A stretch of 64,000 nucleotides of DNA. It comes from the human T2T-CHM13v2.0 reference genome, Homo sapiens. The position numbers and the translations under genes were made by a program. The notes beneath the pieces are model-generated. The model was not told the DNA's origin and did no database searches. It saw nothing but the letters and a program-made list of their open reading frames with translations. This document shows positions 52,990 through 64,000 of this stretch, one piece after another; position 1 is the stretch's first letter, and the number at the start of each line of letters is the position of its first letter. Location: assembly GCF_009914755.1 (NCBI RefSeq), contig NC_060942.1, one strand, 5' to 3'.

Positions 52990-54305
52990 ATATTTCTGCC
53001 ATGTTAAGATTTAATGGATTCAGTGTCTGATGAAATGTATTGATGTATAAAATATTTTATGGAAAACATCTATCCATCTATCTTCCCACTTTCTGGGGTT
53101 CATTTTCTATAAAAATGTTCCAATTTCTCAATATAAAAAATCCTTGGAACAGAAAGCTTTGAACTCTGTTGAAAATCTTGAAGAAATATATTCTGAGACA
53201 GCTTTAAACTCAGCAAAACATGTCGTTCCATCCCTTGCCTTTTCTTTCATGCCTAACCAGCTAGAAAAACCCACCCTGGAAAATCAGAAGCCATAGGTAA
53301 CGCTGTCATGCTTCCATTCATTTAACACCTGCTGCAGAGTCCTTCATTCTTATTATCTCAGCTACAGATTTTGCCCTTGGACAGTTTGTTCGGTGGAAAC
53401 ATAAAAAGAGGCAGGCTGTTGACACAGAAGGATGATTGTTTTTCTGAGTCGGTCCTTTTAATTTAAAATGGAGCTTCAGAGAACAGGGGGATTTCTTTGC
53501 CAGATTCCCTTTCAATCCTGTAGGGCTGAGCAATACCATGGCTAGGATCGGGGTGCCTCACCCATTCATTCCATCATCTTGTGTTGTGGTACTTGTCATC
53601 TTCAGTGCTCAATAAAGGCTTGTCAAATGAATGAATGACCCAAATAGCCATTTTATTGTAAGTTTTTGGGGCTATGTAACTGAGTGCTGAGGCTCAGTCT
53701 TCATTCAGTTTTTTTAAAAAACTTGTGGTAGACTTGCCTCGTGCAAGGCTCACTGTATAGTATATCTCATATAAGTTGGGCTACCATGTCTGTGCATCAC
53801 AGGAGGGAAGGTGGTCCCTATTTCTTATCTCTAGAAGCCCGCTTCTGCATTTGCTTTGCAAAAAATACAAAGGCTTCTCAAGTGTAGGATTTACCCTAAA
53901 GCTGAAGGAGCTGTGACTCTCTGGGCAGTTATCAGGCTGATTCAGTTATTCACTAACTCCGAGGGACTTGCAGTCGAGTTGTGCTTGGGACACCTACCTC
54001 CGAGGATGCGTCCCGAGATAAACGGTCTGATATCCATGAAACCCAGGACTTCTACCAGCCCCAAAGCCAAGCAAGGACATGCAATGCATTTCTTTGTGTA
54101 GGAATAATTTAATTTTGAAATATACATATCATGTTAAAGTGTCTATTAAGGAAATTGATTTTTTTTTTTTTGAAAAATTTGAGGCCAGAGTTCTAATAAT
54201 CAAGGAATCATTAACTGTGAAATTTGACTTTTCAATTTCACCAGAGCAACTGTTCTCAGGGAGTGAAATGGTAGCTCCCTTAAATGGTTTCATGAAACTG
54301 ATCAG

Positions 54306-54376
54306 ATATATATATATATATATATATGTATAATATATATGGATATATCCATCACATATATGGATATATCCATCAC
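54306..54376. repeat. (TA)n plus a 21-bp tandem duplication
   Basis: atatatggatatatccatcac at 54335-54355 and 54356-54376. Confidence 0.9.
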
Positions 54377-54518
54377 CACATACATATTCCTCTATTCTTT
54401 ATTGATGGTTCTTTCTCATGGCCCAGAATTCTCGAGAGTATGTGTCAGAAAAGAATAACATTATCAAACTATTTTATGCCTAATGTTTTAAATTTGAAAG
54501 AAATATCACTTATCAGTT

Positions 54519-54967
54519 TGTTATAGATTGATAATGTCCCCCTCAAAATTCATACATTGAATTTTTAACCCTCCCCACCCCATACCTCATAGTATGACCT
54601 TATTTTGGAAATAGGGTAATTTCAAATATAATTAGTTAGTTACATTAGTTAGTTAAGATGAAGTCATATTGGAGTGGGGTGGGCCCTTAATCCACCCTTA
54701 ATCCTTATAAGGGTACCCTTCTAAAAGGGGACTATTTGGCCCCAGGCACACATGCAGGGAGAATGGGATGTGAGCATGAAGATGATAATCTACAAGCCAA
54801 GGAGAGAGGCTTGGAGTAGATTCTTCTCACATAGCTCTCAGAAGGAACCAACCCTGCCAACACCATTTCAGACTTCTGGCCTCCAGAACTATGCAATAAT
54901 ACATTTCTGTTGTTCAAGCTGCCCTGTTTGTTGCACTTTATTGTGGCAACCCTAGAAAATTAATACA
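54519..54967 (+). mobile_element. MaLR solo LTR (MLT1B-like)
   Basis: tgttatagattga...cccctcaaaattcata...gaaggaaccaaccctgccaacacc...gcaaccctagaaaattaataca. Confidence 0.85.
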
Positions 54968-55006
54968 CTTAAAAAATCACTTATCATCTTGCCCCAATAA
55001 CTATAT

Positions 55007-55150
55007 TTGTGGTAGGCAGAATGACCTCCTAATAACCTCCATACCCTAACACCCAGACCTGTGAATATACTGTCACATGGCAAAAGGGACTTCGCAGGGA
55101 CAATTATAGTTATGCACCAAGTAAAGATCTTATTTGGATGATTTGGGATA
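55007..55150 (+). mobile_element. 5' fragment of an MLT1D/E-like LTR
   Basis: tgtggtaggcagaatgacctcc...acctgtgaatat...catggcaaaagggacttcgcag. Confidence 0.7.
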
Positions 55151-55958
55151 TTTGTGTTTATGCCATGAAAACAAAACCACAAAGTAAGCTTCCAGTTGTC
55201 ACGTAGGAGAACTGTATTCCTTATGGTCATGTGAGGTGGTGATTCCGAAAAGGTCTGGGGAACTGATTAGTAGCACGTGCTTTGAAGGAAAAACTCAGTG
55301 TCTCCAAAGGCCCAAATGAGAATTTTTTATCTTATGTTACTATCATTATAAATGGATTAAATAGCAACATTATTTTTATTTGAAATTTCAAAGCATACTG
55401 AAGACAGTGAAAGATTTTTACGCTGATCAACTATGGGTCAAAACAAATGAGGACCTCCTCGTAGGGTTAGTTTTTTATGTTTTCAAAAGAGCCACATATG
55501 AATAGGAAAATGAGTCCACTGTTGTACCCAGCATTTGCTTCTTTATAGGAAATCAAATTACACTTAAGTGGATACCTTCATTTTTTACAAAAATAAATAC
55601 TACTTTTGTTGTTTTTGTTTTTATGTATTTACAGGCTTGTCAAAGTGGTTGCCTTTTCTTAATTCCTGCATGTTGTTTATTATTCTGCATTGATTTTTAA
55701 ATGCTTTTAACATTTTATATTTTTTTGCCTTGTATTCTAAGAAGCCTAGTCATTGCCTGTTGTTTTTCTTCACTCTCTTTGTTGAAATGACTGTTATTTT
55801 CAATTCACTCACCCCCACACTTACATATGACCTTTTTACATTTTCCCAGTGTCTTGATGTACTTCTCCTCAACCTTAAATCTGAGACACATTTTTCAAAG
55901 CATATAGAACATCTTTATGTTTCCTAAGGAAAACTCTCTTATAGTATTGGGCTGCATG

Positions 55959-55984
55959 CACACACACACACACACACACACACA
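55959..55984. repeat. (CA)n microsatellite
   Basis: Read directly. Confidence 0.95.
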
Positions 55985-56373
55985 TGCTTACACGCACATC
56001 TAGAGATCTGTTGGCATTCTATCAGTGCCAACGATATGGACATCAAGTGAAGTTTCTGACATAAAGATGTTCTATATGCTTTGAAAAATGTGTCTTAGAT
56101 TTAGGGTTGAGGAGAAGTACATCAAGACATTGGGAAAATATAAAAAGGTCATCTGTAAGTGTGGGGGTGAGTGATTTGAAAACAGTCAATTCGACAAATA
56201 CACAATCTTTTTTAACTTACTGATTTCTGACTGATTTTTTTGAAAATCTCAAGTTGTATCTACATAAGTTCAGAGAAACTGCATTATTTTTCTAAAAACA
56301 GTTAATTCCTGTATAATTGCGTTTAACTAACTCAACTGAAAGCACACGTAGTTGATGGTAGGTAAACATTGGG

Positions 56374-56424
56374 TTGCCATTACTTTCAATGGCAAAAACT
56401 GCAATTACTTTTGCACCAACTTAA
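56374..56424. mobile_element. Truncated MADE1 (Hsmar1-derived MITE)
   Basis: ttgccattactttcaatggcaaaaactgcaattacttttgcaccaacttaa followed by TA. One complete TIR; the other is reduced to about 8 nt. Confidence 0.85.
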
Positions 56425-57829
56425 TACACAATATTCTTAGTTTGCAAGTTATGAATTTATCTTTTTCTTCAAGCTAAAGATTGGTCTTTGAAAGCTGTGG
56501 CGACATGCCCTAAGGCCCCAGCCTCCGGGTTTAGAGGCTCCTGTAAAATGAGCCACCCACGCTGAGCGCAATCTCCTCCCTGCAGCTCCCTGCCATGTTT
56601 CACGGAGGGCCCCAAAGGTCAAGTGAGGAGGCCGCTTGCACAGGAGAGGAGGGAGCTCCCTTTGCCTCGCCCTGTGGCGGGAAATTAATATTTTTGGAGT
56701 TATATAAAGGAGGTTTTGTGGATATCCCACTGACATGAGAATTAATTCATTACTTGTGGATTATTAACGCATGCTCAGCAAATATGTTTTTTAGATTGTT
56801 AAGAAGAGGAAAAGACATTGGCTAATTAAACTTCTCATTTACCTTTTAGATTTCAGTGTGTAACTTTCAAAAATGTGTGCTTTGGCTGAAAAGGCCTTTC
56901 TTTTAAACAAAGATTTAAAATGTAGTTTTGTGGTTAAAAAAAAATCACTCTAAAAGCCTCATCATTTAGTACTAAAGAAGAGAATAAAGAGTAGATTTTA
57001 GTATTCCTGGGACTCTCACAAACCAAGGAGGTCTAGGAAAAGAACTGCTACAATTCCTCAGGTTTTGCTAAAAGTCTCATTTTAAATTCTAAGGTCTCAT
57101 TTTACATGGGAAAGAAAAGAATATTATTCATAAGCAAAATAAAGAGAAATACTTGATATAAATTTTTAAAATCTTATTGGGGAACCACTTTATCTTTTAG
57201 CCACATCTGGGATTTGTGGCTTGAACCATCATCTCTGTCATGTATTCCACCGACACTAGCAAGCCTCAGGCCCACAGCTAGTCTATCGATGGGAGGTCTT
57301 TGAATAAGTTAGAAAAGGCTCTCCCGCTGGGTGGATGCAACTCACAGGTACACAGCCTGCTGCTTTTGTGAGAAGAAAGCACTCCCAGAACAGCATTCCC
57401 CAGAGGGAGCAGCTTTGCTGGCAGAAGGTCCCAGGGTACAGCCCTGCTTACCCCTTGGTGTGGTCCTTTTGTACATTGGTGCCTTTTGGGCCGTGCTTGG
57501 CTGGCCAATCATACCGTGAATTTGCATGTTGATTGTACTATTTGTAGGACTGTTTTCCTATGTTGCCGTTAATCTCCTTATTTTTAAGAACAAGTATGTC
57601 ATATCTGCCGCCTGAGAGCCAGCAGTCTATGCTCTTACACAGCACTCCCAGCAGAATCCTCTCTCAGGAGAAAAAGCTCAAGTGGAAACAGACCTATTTA
57701 CTGATCAGCAGAGGAAATCCATGCCAGCTCTCAAGGGTCACTGGGGATATGAGGGGGACCAAGAGCATGGAAGAGAGAAATGAAGACAAATGAGCGATGG
57801 AGCTGATGGCGAGAAGACAGAAATACTAC

Positions 57830-59347
57830 AGAGAACGAAATGGAGCTCAGATACATCAGACCCACGTGAAAATCCCACTGTTCACATATTCTCAGATTTA
57901 AGAAGATACTGCAATCAATGTAAAAAGAACAGAATGGCACAGGAAAATGAATAATTCAAGAAAAAGAAAGAATTCATAGAAATCAAGAAATAAATTTGAA
58001 CAACTCCCCAGAACATGGAGCAACAAATTAAAAAATGAAAACATGAGACTGTTCTGAGTGCTGATGTAGAATGGATTGCTGTGTGGGGTGGGGGGAGTTT
58101 CACCACGAGAGAAGTAGTAGAGAGTGTGCATTCCTCACCCTCTCAGTGCCCCTCACCCAGGCCAGTATGAGGATGGTCAGTGCTGCAGGTGAGAGAGGCT
58201 GCCCCCTAACATTCATGGGCAGCATTTATGTGTGTCTCAAAGGAACATCTGTGTGACTTTGTAACAGTGGAACCTCCCTGGTCCCATAAGTGGTCTTGCT
58301 GAGAAGCGGGGTGTCGAGGATGGGGAGTCCTCAGTACCCACTGGCTGGTGTTGGTCTGTTTGTTTTCCTGTTGAGCTAACTTTCACATCCTGACCCTGCT
58401 CTCTGCTAAGCTATCAAGGCAGAGAGCAAGTCAGCCTCCAGGGTCCTCTAGATAGAATTGCCCCAGAAACATTGATGATTTGGTGATGCAGCATCTGACT
58501 CACAAAAAGGTCAGAGTGAATGCAAAAAGATCATGGACAAAAAGGACATTCTCAAAGAAATTCTAAAAATAATAATAATTTTTTAGTGCTGGAGAAAGAC
58601 CCAAATCTTCATACTGAAAGACCCTAAATAATAAAAATAAGAGTAAAAATAAACCCTTCTAACATATTGCAAAGGAAAAAGCCAATCAGATTATCTACAA
58701 AGAAATGAGAATCAGGCTGATATCAGATATTTTTAATCATCAAAATTCAATGCTAGAAGATAACAGAGGAATGCCTTCAAAATTCTGAAATCATTTGGAA
58801 CCCAGAATTCCAACAGAGCTAAGCTGTCAATGAAGTGTGAAGTCAGAGAAAACATAATTTTGGACACTGAGTACTCAAAATATTTATTCTCCCCATGGCT
58901 TTTCTTAGAAAGTTACTTAAATATTATAGCAAATGAGAAGTCTTGCCTGACTTCCAGGACCTAGGAAACAATGGCTCTAACCCACATGAGCTAGTGAGGG
59001 AGTTTCCAGAATGGTAGCTCATAGCAGTACCAGAGTTCAGATGAGAGCATGAAGATAGAGACCTCCAGGGAGGAAGGAGAGAATTCTCCACTTAATAGGT
59101 GATATAACTGAGAGGACAGAGAAATTAAAGCAAAATCCAGGAAAAACAGTGGTAAAACCAAAGCTATAGCCCAAATACAAAGCAAACTAAGATGTGTCAC
59201 AGTAAGTAATCACTGATGGAGAATACTACAGCGATAGTTCATTTTACATTTGTACTAGGAGCTACATGGGTCCCAGGGTCATGTCATTGAAATGTAGAAA
59301 GGGAAGTTCAAACCTCATACACTAAGTGACTTAGGAAGTGAATATTT
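57830..59347 (+). mobile_element. Ancient L1M/HAL1-like ORF1-region relic
   Basis: A-rich with L1 ORF1-like motifs (aatgagaatcaggctgatatcaga, caatgctagaagataa...aatgccttcaaaattctga, aacccagaattc...gctaagctgtcaat). Probably continues after 63288. Confidence 0.6.
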
Positions 59348-61048
59348 AGGGAAGGAGTCTTTCCTTTTCAATTGTTTGGAATAGTTTCAGAAGAAATAGT
59401 ACCAGCTCCTTTTTGTACTTCTGGTAGAATTCAGCCATAAATACATCTGGTCCTGGGCTTTTTTTGGTTGGTAGGCTATTTGTTACTGCCTCAGTTTCAG
59501 AACTTGTTATTGGTCTATTCAGGGATTCAGCTTCTTCCTGGTTCAGTCTTGAGAGGGTGTATGTGTCCAGGAATTGATCCATTTCTTCTAGATTTTCCAG
59601 TTTATTCACGCAGAGGTGTTTATAGTATTCTCTGATGGTCGTTTGTATTTCTGTGGGGTCAGTGGTGGTATCCTCATCATTTCTCATTGTATTTATTTGA
59701 ATCTTCTCTCTTTTCTTCTTTATTAGTCTAGCTAGCGCTCTATTTATTTTATTGTTTTTTTTTTTTTCCAAAAAGCCAGCTCCTGGATTCGTTGATTTTT
59801 TGCAGGGTTTTTCGTGTCTCTGCCTCCTTCAGTTCTGCTCTGAGCTAGATTATTTCTTGTCTCCTGCTAGCTCTGGGGCTTGTTGGCTCTTGGTTCTCTG
59901 ATTCTTTTAGTTCTGATATTAGGGTGTCAATTTGGGATCTTTCTAGCTTTTTGATGTGGGCATTTAGTGCGATAAATTTTCCTCTTAACACTGCTTTAGC
60001 TGTGTCCCGGAGATTCTGGTGCATTGTTCCTGGTACATTGTCCCTAACTCATTTTATGAGGCCAGCATCATCCTGATACCAAAACCTGGCAGAGACACAA
60101 CAACAACAACAAAAAAAGAAAATTTCATGCCAGTATCTCTGAAGAACATCGATGCAAAAATCCTCAATAAAATACCGGCAAACAAAATCCAGTGGCACAT
60201 CAAAAAGCTTATTCAGCACAATCTAGTCAGTTTCACCCCTGGGATGCAAGGCTGTTTCAACATACACAAATCAATAAACATAATTCATCACATACACAGA
60301 ACTAAAGACAAAAACCACACGATTATCTCAATAGATGCAGAAATGGCCTTCTATAAAATTCAACATCCTTTATGTTAAAAACTCTCAATAAACAAGGTAT
60401 TGAAGGAACAGATCTCAAAATAATAAGAGCCATATATGACAAACCCAAAGCCAATATCATACTGAATGGAGACAAATGAATTCATACTGAATGGGCAAAA
60501 GCTAGAAGCATTCGTCTTGAAAACTGGCACAAGACATGTATGCCCTCTCTCACCACTCTTATTCAACATAGTATTGGAAGTTCTGGCCAGGGCAATCAGG
60601 CAAGAGAAGGAAATGAAGGGTATTCAAATAGGAAGAGAGGAAGTCAAATTGTCTTTGTTTGCAGATGACATGATCCTGTATCTAGAAAACCCCAAAGTCT
60701 CAGTCCAAAAGCTTCTTAAACTGATAAGCAACTTCAGCAAAATCTCAGGATACAAAATCAACGTGCAGAAATCACAAACATTCCTTTATACCAACAACAG
60801 AGAAGCAAAGAGCCAAATCATGAACTCCCATTCACAACTGCCACAAAGAGAATAAAATACCTAGGAATACAGCTAACAGGGGAAGTGAAGGACCTCTTCA
60901 AGGAGAACTACAAACCACTGTTCAAGGAAATCAGAGAGGGCACAAGCAGATGAAAAAACATTCCATCCTCATGGATAGGAAAAATTAATATCGTGAAAAT
61001 GGCCGTACTGCCCAAATCAATTTATAGATTCAATACTATCTCCATTAA

Positions 61049-61376
<328 letters not shown>

Positions 61377-62106
61377 CCATTCACATTCTTCACAGAATGA
61401 GAAAAAAGAAAACTATTTTAAATTTCATATTAAACTAACAAAGAGCTCGTATAGCCAGGACAATCCTAAGCAAAAAAGAATAAATCTGGAGGGATCAGGC
61501 TACCTGACTTCAAAGTATACCACAAGGCTATAGTAACCAAAACAGCATGGTACTGGTTGGTATAAAAACAGGCACATAGACCAATGGAACAGAATGGAGA
61601 ACTCAGAGATAAAACCACACATCTACAACCATCTGATCTTTGACAAACCTGACAAAAACAACCAATGGGGAAAGGAATCCCTACTTAACAAATGGTGCTG
61701 AGAGAACTGACTAGCCATATGCAGAAAATAGAAACTGGACCCCTTTTGTTCACCTTATACAAAAATTAACTCAAGGTGGATTAAAGACTTAAATATAAAA
61801 TCTAAAACTATAAAAACTCTAGAAAAAAATCTATGCAATACCATTCAGGACATAGGTATGGGCAAAGATTTTATGATGAAATCACCTAAAGCAACGGCAA
61901 CAAAAGCTACAATTGACAAATGGGATCTAATTAAACTAAAGAGCTTATGCACAGCAAAAGAAACTCATCAAAATAAACGGACAACCTACAGAATGGGAGA
62001 AAATTTTTGCAATGTATCCATCTGACAAAGTTCTTATATCCAGAATCTACAAGGAACTTAAGCAAATTTACAAGAAAAAAAACAAGCCCTTTAAAAAGTG
62101 GGCAGA

Positions 62107-62643
<537 letters not shown>

Positions 62644-64000
62644 TCAACCATTGTGGAAGACAGTGTGGTGACTCCTCAAAGATTTAGAGCCGGAAATACC
62701 ATTTGACCCAGCAATCCCATTACTGGGTATATACCCAAAGGAATATAAATAATACTGCTATAAACATACATGCACATGCATGTTTATTGCAGCACTATTC
62801 ACAATAGCAAAGACGTGGAATCAACGCAAATGCCCATCAACGATAGATTGGAAAAAGAAAATGTGGTACATATATACCATGGAATACTATGCAGCCATAA
62901 AAACGAATGAGATTATGTCCTTTGCGGGGGCATGGATGAAGCTGGAAGCCATTATTCTCAGCAAACTAATTCAGGAACAGAAAACAAAACACTGCATGTT
63001 CTCACTTATAAGTGGGAGCTGAACAATGAACACATGGACACGGGGAGGGGAACAACACACACTGGGGGCTTTTGGGGGAGGGTGGATGGTAGGGGGAGAG
63101 GATTAGGAAAAAGAGCTAATTAATGCTGTGCTTTATATGCAGGCAATGGGTTGATAGGTACAGCAAACCACCATGGCACACGTTTACCTATGTAACAAAC
63201 CTGCACATCCTGTACATGTATCCTGGAACTTTTAAATTAAATAAAAAAAAAAACAGTAAAAGAAAAAAATAAAGAAAAGTGAATATTTGTGAAGTCCTGA
63301 TAATGAAATTCTGGCTATTGGTCTTTCAACTTTTAGGATCAACCTATAAAATGCATAGAAGATTTGGTTGTTATTACAGAACAAACTATGCATGTTTTCA
63401 ACTTTGAAAGTATTGAAGTTCAGTTGGGCAGACAGCATGTGTTGGGGGAGAAGCATGGAGGGTGGATAGGGTGGTAAATGTGCTGATTTTCTCACCTTAT
63501 AAAGTGAGTGTTACTGATATTGTTGATAATTGATGGTATGGGAAATATTTAGATATATTATTTGAAGCTACTCAGGCAATTAATAGAAAATGTTTATGTA
63601 ATTATACAACTTTACAAAAATAGATGGTATGAATCAATATTATGAATCTTTTATAGTAGGATGTAAAAAATACTGTTAAAGTTGAGAAATGAAGATACAA
63701 ATATATTTCTTAGTGTTTTGTAGCTCACCGTGAGAAGATTTGAAATGAAGAGTTCAAAGAACTGGTCTCTGATGAATGGCATTGGGATGGTGAGGTCTGG
63801 AAAAAGATGGGAAAAAGGACTTCAGCTTTCATCAAGAGCCCTTCTCTAACAAACACTAGATGTATTATTTCGTGTATTCATTATTCTGATAAAACGTGAA
63901 AAATCATATGAAAATAGAGTATAAATAATTCTATTAATCTGAAACAATTTAGTTCTTTAGAATGTGTCTTAATATATTATTCTTCAGTATAGTATTGTTT

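Noticed and set aside
57278-57532. Cluster of overlapping short ORFs in a GC-richer patch
   Set aside because: No convincing splice sites or protein similarity that I can recognise.

Overview
Human genomic DNA: it carries an L1HS-Ta element with the human-specific ACA/G 3'UTR diagnostics. The window is intergenic or intronic, dominated by transposable elements, and I see no recognisable host exon, RNA gene or prokaryotic system. It holds four long LINE-1 insertions: two full-length decayed L1PA5-like copies on + (8073-14202, 29626-35736), one full-length L1HS Ta-0 on - with open ORF1, ORF2 and ORF0 (40310-46343), and one older 5'-inverted L1PA (59348-63276). There are also seven Alus, a FAM, several MaLR/ERVL LTRs, a decayed class-I ERV pol, L2/MIR relics, a truncated MADE1 and microsatellites. 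The most unusual observation is that the two L1PA5-like copies, which have unrelated flanks, share a TAG-TAG double stop in ORF2 and more than a dozen other non-consensus substitutions over at least 4.3 kb. This points to multi-kb ectopic gene conversion or a trans-mobilised ORF2-dead lineage. Subfamily names come from recalled consensus motifs, not from a database search.
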